In this document: positions 10,739 through 19,387 of the stretch, piece after piece
How the letters are laid out: every line of letters starts with the position of its first letter
Position numbering within the stretch: position 1 is the stretch's first letter
From: an uncultured Pseudomonadota bacterium
GTDB taxonomy: Bacteria; Pseudomonadota; Alphaproteobacteria; Acetobacterales; Acetobacteraceae
Direction: 5' to 3'
Assembly (NCBI GenBank): GCA_963786445.1
Contig: CAWAZU010000037.1
Coordinates: 5,809-69,808 of the forward strand
Length of the DNA stretch: 64,000 nucleotides
The notes under the pieces: model-generated
What the model saw: the letters and a program-made list of their open reading frames with translations, nothing else
Told to the model about the DNA's origin: nothing
The model's database searches: none
Made by a program: the position numbers and the translations under genes

Positions 10739-12319
10739 ATGTCGAATGCAGCCACGGACGGCGTTCCGGACGGCAGCGACGGGTTTCTGCCGCGCTTCCT
10801 GGCGCAGGCGTCGCAGGCCCCGCAGCGGCCGTTCGCGCGCTGCGGGGACGAGCAGGTCAGCCTGGGCTGGCTGCATCGCGCCTCCGATGCGGTGGCCGCG
10901 CAGCTGCATCGGCGGGGCATCCGGCCGGGCGATCGTGTCGCCGTCATGTTGCGCAACAGCGCCGCCATGCTGGCGGTGTTCTATGGCCTGGCGAAGGCAC
11001 GCGCCGTGTGGGTGCCGGTGAACGTGCAGCTCCAGCGCGAAGGATTGCGCTATATCCTGGAGCACGCCGAGCCGGCCCTGGTGATCGCCGAGCGGGACCT
11101 TTGGCCGGCCATCGAAGCCAGCGCGGCCGCCTGCCCGGACATCGTGTTCGCCGGCGCACCGGAAGGGCTGGCGGCCTGGCTTGCCGACCCGACCGAATTC
11201 GCGGCCTCTCTGCCGGCGGCCGACGATCTGTTGGCGATCATGTACACGTCCGGCACCACGGGACCGCCGAAGGGCGTGATGGTGTCGCACCGCATGCTGC
11301 GGCTGGCCGGCGAGGCGGTCGTGCGCGTCGCCGACCTCTGCGACGGCGACGTAATGTTCGTCTGGGAGCCGTTGTACCACATCGGCGGCGCGCAGCTGCT
11401 TGTCGTGCCGCTGCTGCGCGATGTGCGGCTGGCGATGGTGCCGCGGTTCAGCGCCAGCCGGTTCTGGCCCGAGGTGCGCGAAAGCCGTGCCACCCACATT
11501 CATTTCCTCGGCGGCATCCTGCAGATCCTGCTGAAGCAGCCGGCAGATCCGCTGGATCGCGACCATTGCGTACGGATCGCGTGGGGCGGCGGCTGCCCGG
11601 CGCCGATCTGGCGGCCGTTCGAGGCGCGCTTCGGCGTGCAGATCCGCGAATGCTACGGCATGACCGAGGCTTCCAGCATTACCACCTGCAACGACCGCGG
11701 CGTGGCCGGCGCGGTCGGGCGGCCGGTGCCCTGGTTCAGCGTCGCGCTGCTCGATCCATCCGGCCGGCCGGTGGGCCATGGCGGGCGCGGCGAGATCGTC
11801 GTCCGCACCAGCATCGCGGGTGCGATCTTTCCCGGCTATTTCCGCAATCCCGAAGCCTCGGCCAGGGCCTTGCGCGACGGTGCGCTGCATACCGGCGACC
11901 TCGGCTCCTGCGATGACGCCGGCAACCTGATCTTCCACGGACGCGTCACCGACAGCGTGCGCTGCCGCGGCGAGAACGTGTCGGCGTGGGAGGTGGAGCA
12001 TGTCGCCGCGCTGCACCCGTCGGTCGAAGACTGCGCAATGATCGGTGTCGCGGCCGAAATCGGCGAGCAGGACATCAAGCTCTTCGTCAAGCCGAAGCCC
12101 GGCCACCGGCTCGATCCGGCGGAGCTGTCGGCGTGGCTGGCGCAGCGCCTCGCGCCCTACCAGATGCCCCGCTACATCGCCGTGGTCGCGGCGTTCGAAC
12201 GCACGCCGAGCCAGCGGATCATGAAGCACCTGCTGCCGTCCGATCTTGCCGGCTGCTGGGACCGGCGGGCGGGCGGCGATGCCGGCGAACGACCAAAGAT
12301 GCAGGAGACGGCGCCATGA
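10739..12319 (+). CDS. AMP-dependent acyl-CoA synthetase/ligase
   Basis: AMP-binding motif IMYTSGTTGPPKGV, plus YGMTE, TGDLG and a C-terminal lysine-loop region. 526 aa. Confidence 0.85.
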   Translation: MSNAATDGVPDGSDGFLPRFLAQASQAPQRPFARCGDEQVSLGWLHRASDAVAAQLHRRGIRPGDRVAVMLRNSAAMLAVFYGLAKARAVWVPVNVQLQREGLRYILEHAEPALVIAERDLWPAIEASAAACPDIVFAGAPEGLAAWLADPTEFAASLPAADDLLAIMYTSGTTGPPKGVMVSHRMLRLAGEAVVRVADLCDGDVMFVWEPLYHIGGAQLLVVPLLRDVRLAMVPRFSASRFWPEVRESRATHIHFLGGILQILLKQPADPLDRDHCVRIAWGGGCPAPIWRPFEARFGVQIRECYGMTEASSITTCNDRGVAGAVGRPVPWFSVALLDPSGRPVGHGGRGEIVVRTSIAGAIFPGYFRNPEASARALRDGALHTGDLGSCDDAGNLIFHGRVTDSVRCRGENVSAWEVEHVAALHPSVEDCAMIGVAAEIGEQDIKLFVKPKPGHRLDPAELSAWLAQRLAPYQMPRYIAVVAAFERTPSQRIMKHLLPSDLAGCWDRRAGGDAGERPKMQETAP

Positions 12320-13068
12320 ACGACAGCCCTTCGGCGACGCGCGACAACGCGGCGGAGACGCAGCAGGCCCGCATCGACCTGGCCGCCGCTTTCCGGATGG
12401 CGGCCCGGCTGAACCTGCACGAAGGCGTGTGCAACCACTTCACGGTCATGCTGCCGGGGCGCCGCTTCCTCATCAATCCGAAGGGGCTGCATTTCGCGCG
12501 GATCACCGCGGGCCGCCTGATCGTGATCGATGAGCAGGGCCGCACCGTCGAGGGCACCGGCCGGCCGCCGACCACCGGCTACGCAATCCACACGCGCATC
12601 CACCTGCTGCATCCCGCGGCGCGCGTGGTGATGCACCTGCATTCGCCCTACGCCACCGCGATCACCGCGATGCAGGGCGGCCGTCTGCAGATGGTGCATC
12701 AGAACGCCGCCCGCTTCTTCGGCAGCATCGCCTATGACGACCACTTCAATGGCATCGCCGATGCGGTCACCGAAGGTGAGCGCATGGCCCGGGCGATGGC
12801 CGACAAGCGCATCCTGTTCCTCGCCAACCACGGCGTCGTGGTGGTCGGCGAAACCATCGCTCAGGTGTTCGACGACGTATATTACCTGGAGCGTAGCTGC
12901 CAGGTGCAGATACTGGCGATGCAGGCTGGCCACAAGCTGAATGTCATGTCCGATGCGATGGCGCAGAGCACGCACGACCAGTTCGCGCGCTTCGCGGTCA
13001 ACGCGGATCTTCACTTCAACGAGTTGAAGGCGATCCTGGACGAGCACGAGCCGGCCTACGCGTCCTGA
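12316..13068 (+). CDS. Class II aldolase/adducin family protein
   Basis: EGVCNHFTV..., HTRIHLLHP...VMHLHSPYATA..., LANHGVVVVG are signatures of the class II aldolase fold. The ATGA start overlaps the ligase gene. Confidence 0.8.
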   Translation: MNDSPSATRDNAAETQQARIDLAAAFRMAARLNLHEGVCNHFTVMLPGRRFLINPKGLHFARITAGRLIVIDEQGRTVEGTGRPPTTGYAIHTRIHLLHPAARVVMHLHSPYATAITAMQGGRLQMVHQNAARFFGSIAYDDHFNGIADAVTEGERMARAMADKRILFLANHGVVVVGETIAQVFDDVYYLERSCQVQILAMQAGHKLNVMSDAMAQSTHDQFARFAVNADLHFNELKAILDEHEPAYAS

Positions 13069-13453
13069 ATTCCCGGCCTGCCCGGCATCGCACCCGCAAC
13101 GGGCAAGCTGCGGTTGCGATCGCCGGCCAGATGCTCAACCGCGTGGTAAAGACCGCAGCGTAACCGTGGGCGTGACGTAACGCCTGCTTGGGGCACGCTG
13201 GACCGCCGATCGCGTCACGACGGCCACCGCCGGCGGTGCGGGCGGGTGCGATAATGACGACGCGCCACAAAATTACGCACACGTACCGAAACGACAACTT
13301 CGCAGTTATTCATGGCGCGCACCATAATCCAAGAATCGGAACATTGCGACCGGGCCAGGATAAGACACTCGTGGCTGTTGACGCGACTCTCTAGTTTGCG
13401 TGTATCACGCCGGCGTGCATCACGGCATACGAGATCCCGCTCAGTAACCCAGC

Positions 13454-13466
13454 ATCAACTGTTGAT
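13454..13466. promoter_or_regulatory. Perfect 6-1-6 palindrome ATCAAC-T-GTTGAT just upstream of the GH16 gene RBS
   Basis: Read directly from the sequence. It lies about 15 nt upstream of AAAGGAAAGGA and the ATG at 13482, within a lower-GC 413-bp intergenic region. Confidence 0.4.
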
Positions 13467-13481
13467 CGAAAGGAAAGGATC

Positions 13482-14807
13482 ATGTCCGGAACACTTAACT
13501 CGGCCGACTACCAGACGGTCTGGAATGATAACTTTACGGAAAGCGCCTCGCTCGACAGCAGCCTGTTCCCGATTCAGTGGGGCGACGCCAGCGAGTTCTC
13601 ATTCGGCGGCAATGGGCTGACACTCACCTCCAACGGCACCGCTGCGGGCTTTCTGACGCCGGACCAAGGCGCCGGCGACTCCTACGGCTACGGTCTGTAC
13701 AGCGTAGCCTTCACCATGCCGACGAGCCAAGCGGCTGGAGCCTATATCTGCCTGTGGCCGGCAACAAACGACTGGCCGGGGCCAGAGATCGATCTGACGG
13801 AACAGCTAAACGGGCAGTCGTATCTGACGGTGCATTGGCAAGGCAGCGGCGACAGCAACCAGTACCAGTCGTTCTACTTCAACGCAAATACATCCCAGCC
13901 GACCACAGTGGCAGTGGATTGGGAGGCGAACAGCCTCACCTTTTACGTCAACGGAAAGGAAGTGGTGCAATATCCGTCTGGCGGCCCCGTCCCTGTTCCC
14001 AAAGACTACGCTGACGGCGGCGAGAACGAAGCATTCGGCATCGGCAATGTCGGCCCGTCGGGAACGGCGCTGACGGTTTCCGACATGAGCTATTCCACAT
14101 CTACCGGCGGCGGCTCATCAACTTCATCTACCGGCGCCGGCTCATCAACTTCATCTACCGGTGGCGGCTCGTCAACTTCGACTTCGTCGGGATCGACCGG
14201 AACATCGCCCAGCACAACGATCGACCTATCCAGCCCCGGCACTGTGCCGGAAACATCCGCTGGCGCCGGTGTGACAGTCCCGATCACGATTTCTGACCCA
14301 GGGTCGAGCGAAGTCTACGCCTTTGTCATGAATTCGAACAACGTGGCGGAGGAGAACTGGATACCAATCAGCCTCAACAGCCTCGGCCAGGCCACCTACG
14401 ATTTCCATTTCGAAAATACCGGCGATTATGTGCTGGCGGTGAATAACACAACGACCCAAACCGATCGTGGTACCTCCTCCCCCATCACAATCACCGATCC
14501 TGCCACTGCTCCCAGCAGTACGATTGAGGTGTCGAATCCCGGCACGCAACATGTCGCCAATACAAACGCTGGTGCCACCGTTCCGATCACTTTTTCCGAT
14601 CCTGGCCTAAGCGAAGTGTATGCATTCGTCATGAATTCCCACAACGTCGCGGAAGAGAACTGGATCGCGATACCGCTGAACTCCCAGGGGCAAGCGACGC
14701 ACGACTTCCACTTCGAACATACCGGCGATTACGTGCTGGCCGTCAGCAATATCAACACCGAGGCCGACAAAGGCTGGTCAGCGCCCATCACGATACTGCA
14801 TAGCTAA
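13482..14807 (+). CDS. GH16-like beta-glycanase with Ser/Thr/Gly linker and two C-terminal repeat domains
   Basis: WPATNDWPGPEIDLTE fits the GH16 ExDxxE catalytic motif. A STGGGSSTS x3 linker follows, then two roughly 95-aa domains that are highly similar (VYAFVMNS.NVAEENWI...DFHFE.TGDYVLAV). There is no N-terminal signal peptide. GC is lower than the flanks. Confidence 0.7.
   Translation: MSGTLNSADYQTVWNDNFTESASLDSSLFPIQWGDASEFSFGGNGLTLTSNGTAAGFLTPDQGAGDSYGYGLYSVAFTMPTSQAAGAYICLWPATNDWPGPEIDLTEQLNGQSYLTVHWQGSGDSNQYQSFYFNANTSQPTTVAVDWEANSLTFYVNGKEVVQYPSGGPVPVPKDYADGGENEAFGIGNVGPSGTALTVSDMSYSTSTGGGSSTSSTGAGSSTSSTGGGSSTSTSSGSTGTSPSTTIDLSSPGTVPETSAGAGVTVPITISDPGSSEVYAFVMNSNNVAEENWIPISLNSLGQATYDFHFENTGDYVLAVNNTTTQTDRGTSSPITITDPATAPSSTIEVSNPGTQHVANTNAGATVPITFSDPGLSEVYAFVMNSHNVAEENWIAIPLNSQGQATHDFHFEHTGDYVLAVSNINTEADKGWSAPITILHS
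14100..14180 (+). repeat. 3 x 27-nt tandem repeat encoding the STG(G/A)GSSTS linker
   Basis: tctaccggcggcggctcatcaacttca occurs three times with 1-3 substitutions per unit, in frame inside the GH16-like CDS. Confidence 0.9.
14792..14803 (+). repeat. Copy H of the recurrent GAWWCTGCATAG motif (function unknown)
   Basis: GATACTGCATAG. It overlaps the last codons and stop of the GH16 gene and lies 180 nt upstream of the ATG at 14983. Confidence 0.6.
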
Positions 14808-14982
14808 ACCACGCCTGCCCGCGCTCCGATCGGGCCTTTCCCGCGGCGCCTGCGCCGCCATCTCGTGCGCATCGCGTCGTCATCCCGGTCACGCCCGCGC
14901 GAATGGCGCAAGCAACACGACAGTTCCGGGCAACCGCCCGACGCTGGGCACGTTGGCGTGAGTTGGCTTGTAGGAGGCGGAA

Positions 14983-15225
14983 ATGGCGGTGTTTGAGGAC
15001 ATGTTTAAGGGTGCCAGTCTGCCCGGTCTCGCGGTCGGAATTGGGGTGGCGGTGTTGGTGCCGGTTGTGCTGCCGGCGGTTGGGCGGGCCTTGCGGCCGA
15101 TCGCGAAGTCCGTCGTCCGCACCGGCATCACCGTCTGGCGCGAAGCCTCCTCCCAGATCGCGGAGAGCACCGGGCCGATCGTCGCCGAAGCACGGTCGGA
15201 GATGGCTGCTGCGCGCAAGTCATAG
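14983..15225 (+). CDS. Small membrane protein, paralog 1 (DUF5132-like, assigned from memory)
   Basis: 80 aa. MAVFEDMFKG + hydrophobic helix GLAVGIGVAVLVPVVLP + amphipathic tail ending AEARSEM. Clear paralog of the 19388-19636 ORF. Confidence 0.65.
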   Translation: MAVFEDMFKGASLPGLAVGIGVAVLVPVVLPAVGRALRPIAKSVVRTGITVWREASSQIAESTGPIVAEARSEMAAARKS

Positions 15226-15281
15226 CGTAGTGTCATCGAGATTTCGCCGCAGCGTCACGCGGCGGTCATGCCCGCGTGTTA

Positions 15282-15309
15282 GCCGCCCTCTCGGTCATGG
15301 AGAGGCGGC
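15282..15309 (+). other. GC-rich hairpin overlapping the RBS of the 15316 gene
   Basis: GCCGCCCTCTC-ggtcatg-GAGAGGCGGC (10-bp stem with one bulged C). The 3' arm contains the GGAGAGG Shine-Dalgarno-like tract, and the ATG lies 7 nt after the stem. Confidence 0.5.
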
Positions 15310-15315
15310 GCGGCG

Positions 15316-15648
15316 ATGTTTCACGTTGCTCACGAATTGCCGGGACGGTTGCGGCTGCGCTCCTCCCGGCTCCGGCGTGACCCGGTGCTGACGGAGGCGA
15401 TGGCGGCGCGGCTCCGCACGTCGCCGGGGGTACTGTCCGTCACCGTCAGCCCGCGCACCGGCAGCCTGCTGATCCACCACGACGGCGCCCCCGGCCGCGC
15501 CGACGCCCTGCGCGCCAAGTTCGCCGTCACATCCGGGGCGCAAGCGCCGGGTCGTAGCGTGGACGCAGCGGTGGAGCGGCTGACCGCGGCGCTGCTGGGA
15601 CACATGGTCGAACGCCTGCTCGGCGCGGTGGCGGCGGCGCTGATCTAG
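15316..15648 (+). CDS. Stand-alone HMA-like (HMA_2-type) domain protein without cysteines
   Basis: 110 aa. HELPGRLRLRSSRL....PGVLSVTVSPRTGSLLIHHD parallels the N-terminal domain of the neighbouring P-ATPase. It has no Cys, so no CxxC site. Confidence 0.65.
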   Translation: MFHVAHELPGRLRLRSSRLRRDPVLTEAMAARLRTSPGVLSVTVSPRTGSLLIHHDGAPGRADALRAKFAVTSGAQAPGRSVDAAVERLTAALLGHMVERLLGAVAAALI

Positions 15649-16208
15649 CCGCCGTCCCGCTTGTCCCGCGCCAGGTCGCGCGCGGCGAGGGCGTAGAACA
15701 GCAGCGACGACGCCGAGCCGAGGACCTGGCCACGGGCAAGCTGCAATACCCCGATGCCGACCAGCGCGCGCGATACCGACGGCAGGCCGAGGCGTCGGCT
15801 CGCCTGAAAGCCGTTCCAGAGCAATTCCACCGCATTGCCCGCGAAACGGCCGCGCGCAGCCTGCATCGCCCCCAGCCCGGCAAGACCGCCGGCAACCAGC
15901 GCCAGGGCCGGCAGGCGCCGCCCCGCGCGACGCGGCCTCGCGGGCACCGCGGGCGGCGTGCTGACGGCGAACAGTCCGGCCGACCGAGCCGCCGCCGCCA
16001 CCGGCGCGAAATCGCCTGCGTGGCGCACGACGAGGCTGCCGAGGCGGGGCGTCGCGGCCACCGCCGCCACGCCCGCCGCTGCGCGCAGGGCCGTCACGGC
16101 CGTCGCGAAGAAGGCCGTATCGCCGCGGCGCGCCGGCACCACGAGTCGCGTCCGCCCCGCGACCGCGTGCGCGACATGCGCTTGCGGCAGCCTGTCAGGG
16201 CCGGACAT
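15645..16208 (-). CDS. HMA-like domain protein with C-terminal transmembrane segments
   Basis: ATG at 16208 lies 7 nt after GGGAGG. N-terminal HAVAGRTRLVV....GVAAVAATPRLGSLVVRH is followed by 2-3 predicted TM helices (LALVAGGLAGLGAM..., ALVGIGVLQLA...). There is no Cys. Its stop shares a CTAG with the convergent 15316 gene. Confidence 0.6.
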   Translation of the reverse strand: MSGPDRLPQAHVAHAVAGRTRLVVPARRGDTAFFATAVTALRAAAGVAAVAATPRLGSLVVRHAGDFAPVAAAARSAGLFAVSTPPAVPARPRRAGRRLPALALVAGGLAGLGAMQAARGRFAGNAVELLWNGFQASRRLGLPSVSRALVGIGVLQLARGQVLGSASSLLFYALAARDLARDKRDGG

Positions 16209-16305
16209 GATGCGCCTCCCCGCCGAGTGTACCGGTGCCGCTGCGAACCGGTCGCATCCGGCGACGTTGAGGCGCGGGCACAAGGAATGCACTGGGGGGC
16301 CAACC

Positions 16306-16572
16306 ATGCCGCGCAGCTACGGGGCCGGACTTGCAACTGGAATCGCGATCAGCGTTATCGCCGCGGTGCTCGCGCCACTGTGGCGGCCGGCGGCGTCGCG
16401 CTATGGACGGCAGGCCGCCAAGGCGGCGCTCAAGCAAAGCATGGTCGCCTTCGAACTCGGCCGCGACCGCCTCGCCGAGGTATCCGAGACTGTCGCCGAC
16501 ATGATGGCGGAGGCACAGGTCGAACTCGCCGCCGACCGTGTGAACGGCGAAGATCCGGCCGAACCATCCTGA
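16306..16572 (+). CDS. Small membrane protein, divergent paralog 2
   Basis: 88 aa. It has an N-terminal TM helix GLATGIAISVIAAVLAP, then an amphipathic tail (AEVSETVADMMAEAQVE) with the same architecture as the 14983 and 19388 proteins. Confidence 0.5.
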   Translation: MPRSYGAGLATGIAISVIAAVLAPLWRPAASRYGRQAAKAALKQSMVAFELGRDRLAEVSETVADMMAEAQVELAADRVNGEDPAEPS

Positions 16573-16576
16573 CAGC

Positions 16577-19387
16577 TCAGATCGCCGCATCGCGCGCGCG
16601 CGCCTCGTTGACCAGATAGGGCACGAGGCCGCCGGCCAGAATCGCGGCGCTCGCGGCCGCGCCGACCGGGGTGACGCCGAGCAATCCGCGCACCCCGGGC
16701 AACAGCATCGCCGCCCCCTGCCCCGCCAGCGACAGCGCGATCGTGCCGGTCAGCACCCGGTTCGGCGCCCGCCCGACGCCGCGCGGACGGCAGGTGAAGG
16801 CGTGAAGCAACTGGGCAATGGTCAGGCTGCCGAAGGCGACGCTGCGCGCCTCCGCCCGGCCACGCACCAACAGGCTGCTCGCCAGCGCGCCGGACGCGAT
16901 CACCCCACCGTCCACGGCGAGCCGCCGCAGCGCCCTGCCGTCGATCACCGGAGCCTCCCGCGGCGGCGGCGGGCGCTGCATCAGCCCCGGCGCAGCATCC
17001 TCCGCGACCAGTGCCAAGCCGGGCATGACGTCGGAAACGAGGTTGATCCACAGCAGCTGCAAGGGCGTGAGCGCCGCCGCAGCGCCTCCGGCGGTCGCGG
17101 CCAGCACCAGCGCGATCTCGCTCAGATTGGTGCCGAGCAGGTATCTCGCGGCGCGACGCACATTCTCCCGCGCGGCGCGGCCGTGCCGCATGCCCGCCAC
17201 CACCGCCGCGAGCCCGTCGTCCTGCAGCACGATGTCGGCCACCTCGCGCGCCGCTTCGGCAGCGTTGCGGCCCATGGCGATGCCGACATCGGCCGCCTTC
17301 AGCGCCGGCCCGTCGTTCAGGCCGTCGCCTACCATGGCGACGGTGACGCCGGCGTTCTGCAGCACCTGCACGATGCGCAACTTCTGCGACGGCGTCACCC
17401 GTGCGAACACGTCGGTCTGCCGTGCCGCGGCGGCGAGGACGGCGTCGCTCAACCCATCCAGCGTGACGCCATCGATCACGCGCGGCCCGTCAGCACCGCC
17501 GAACCCGGCCGCGACCGCCACGGCCCGGGCCGTCGCGTTCTGGTCGCCAGTCAGCACCAGACAGTGCACGCCCGCCTGGCTCAACGCCGCGAGCAGCGCC
17601 GGCACCTCCGCCCGCAGCGGGTCGGATAGCCCGGCGATGCCCAGGAAGTCCAGGCGCGCAACCCGCGCCTCCGCCGCCGGCGCCAGGTGCGCGGACGCGA
17701 ACCCCAGCACCCGCAGACCCTCGCGCGCCATCGCGACGTTCCCTCGCTTGGCTTCGGCGCGGGCAGTCGGGTCGATTGCACACAGGTCGAGCACGGCGTC
17801 CGGGCTGCCCTTGACCGCAACCAAGGTGCCGCCGTCCGGCAGGGCGTGGAAGGTGGCCATGAAACGCCCGGATTCGCTGCGATGCTGCACGGACAGCCGT
17901 GGCTGCGCCGCCCGCAGCGCCGCCACGTCAAGGCCCGCCGCCTGGGCGCGCTCCAGCAGCGCCGTCTCGGTGGCGGACCCGAGCGGCGAGCCGTCGCCAT
18001 CGAGCTGCGCGTCGCTGCACAGCACACCGATTGCCAGCAGACGCCGCTCGTCGGCGGCGGCGATGGCGGCGACCGACATCAGATTGCGGGTCAGCGTGCC
18101 GGTCTTGTCGAAGCAGACCACCTGTGCCGCTCCCAGCGTCTCCAGCGCGTCGAGCCGGCGCACCAGTGCGCCCTCGCGCCGCATCGCCTCGATGCCCCGC
18201 GCGAGGGCCGCGGTGGCGACGGCGGGCAGCCCTTCCGGGATCGCAGCCACGGCAAGCGAGACCGACGTGGCGAGCGTCGGGCCGAGCGCCAGCCCGCGCA
18301 GCATGCCGATGCCGAACACCGACGCGCAGGCCAGCAGCGACACGCCGATCAGCCTTCGGCCAAGCTCCGCGAGCTGCCGTTCCATCGGCGTCGCGGGTCG
18401 CTTGGCGCTGCCCAGGAGGCGCTGGATGCGCCCCATCTCTGTCCGCGCCCCGGTCGCGACGGCGAGAGCCGTGCCGGTGCCGCCGGTGATCGCGGTGCCG
18501 CGGAAAACCATGTTGGCGCGCTCGGCAAGCGGCAGCTTCGCGCAGAGCGGGCCGGCGGTTTTCGCCACCGGCAGGCTCTCGCCGGTCAGCATGGCCTCGT
18601 TCACCGACAGTTCGCGCGCCTGCACGATCCGCGCATCGGCGGCGACCAGCGTGCCGGGACGCAACAGCAGCAGGTCACCCGGCACGACATCGGCGAACGG
18701 CACCTCGCGCGGCGCGCCGTCGCGCATCACGCGGGCGGTGGCAGAGGGCGGCCGGCTCAGGCCGGCGATGCGACGCTCCGAGCGGCTTTCCACGGCGTAG
18801 GCCAGGCCGCCGCTCAGCAGCAGCACACCGGCGATCGCCGCCGCTTCCAGCAGCGCGCCGGTGACCACAGAGAGCGTGGCGGCGCCGGCCAGCAGCAGCA
18901 CCGGCAGGGTCGCGAACTGGTCGGCGGCAATCGCGAGCGGCGGTCGCGGCTGACGCTGGTACAACGTGTTGCGGCTGACCTTCGCGAGTCGCGCCCGGGC
19001 CGCCTCGCTGCCGAGGCCATCCGTCGCCGAGGACTGCAGCGCGAGCGCCGCCGCACCGGCGTCCTGCGCCGGCCAATCCGGGTCCGCTTCGGGCGCCGCC
19101 GCGCGGCGGGCGGCCAGCTGCGCCAGCCGTCCGGCCACGCGCGCCAGCGGCAGCTCCGGATCGAACAGCACCAGGACGTTGCCCGTGCGCGCGCTCGCCG
19201 ACACGCCATGCACGCCGGGTTGCGCCGCCATACCCTGTTCGATGGCCGTGGCCAGGGCCGGCGCGCGACGCAGCTCCGTCAGGTGCAACCGCGCGCGGCC
19301 GGGAAGCGCGGCATGCACCACGCGCACACGCCGCCCGGCGCGACCGGCCGCGCCGGGCGGCGCGACCGCCCTGCCCCGCACATGCAC
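16577..19387 (-). CDS. Cation-translocating P-type ATPase (P2-like PEGLP type) with N-terminal Cys-less HMA-like domain
   Basis: 936 aa with TGES, IPEGLPAV in M4, DKTGTLT, TGDQ, MVGDGLNDGPALKAADVGIAMG and LLWINLVSD. The N-terminus is HAALPGRARLHL...RTGNVLVLFDP. There is no CPx metal motif. Confidence 0.85.
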   Translation of the reverse strand: MHVRGRAVAPPGAAGRAGRRVRVVHAALPGRARLHLTELRRAPALATAIEQGMAAQPGVHGVSASARTGNVLVLFDPELPLARVAGRLAQLAARRAAAPEADPDWPAQDAGAAALALQSSATDGLGSEAARARLAKVSRNTLYQRQPRPPLAIAADQFATLPVLLLAGAATLSVVTGALLEAAAIAGVLLLSGGLAYAVESRSERRIAGLSRPPSATARVMRDGAPREVPFADVVPGDLLLLRPGTLVAADARIVQARELSVNEAMLTGESLPVAKTAGPLCAKLPLAERANMVFRGTAITGGTGTALAVATGARTEMGRIQRLLGSAKRPATPMERQLAELGRRLIGVSLLACASVFGIGMLRGLALGPTLATSVSLAVAAIPEGLPAVATAALARGIEAMRREGALVRRLDALETLGAAQVVCFDKTGTLTRNLMSVAAIAAADERRLLAIGVLCSDAQLDGDGSPLGSATETALLERAQAAGLDVAALRAAQPRLSVQHRSESGRFMATFHALPDGGTLVAVKGSPDAVLDLCAIDPTARAEAKRGNVAMAREGLRVLGFASAHLAPAAEARVARLDFLGIAGLSDPLRAEVPALLAALSQAGVHCLVLTGDQNATARAVAVAAGFGGADGPRVIDGVTLDGLSDAVLAAAARQTDVFARVTPSQKLRIVQVLQNAGVTVAMVGDGLNDGPALKAADVGIAMGRNAAEAAREVADIVLQDDGLAAVVAGMRHGRAARENVRRAARYLLGTNLSEIALVLAATAGGAAAALTPLQLLWINLVSDVMPGLALVAEDAAPGLMQRPPPPREAPVIDGRALRRLAVDGGVIASGALASSLLVRGRAEARSVAFGSLTIAQLLHAFTCRPRGVGRAPNRVLTGTIALSLAGQGAAMLLPGVRGLLGVTPVGAAASAAILAGGLVPYLVNEARARDAAI

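Noticed and set aside
7486-10968. 1160-aa ORF on the minus strand, the longest ORF in the track
   Set aside because: It runs antisense to four well-supported plus-strand genes (ABC ATPase, fused permease, crotonase, ligase). Its product is low-complexity Arg/Pro/Gly/Gln-rich with no motifs. This is a typical shadow ORF of high-GC DNA.
14100-14180. Short tandem repeats that could be mistaken for a CRISPR-like array
   Set aside because: The units are contiguous with no spacers, are 27 nt long, are in frame and encode a Ser/Thr/Gly linker inside a CDS.
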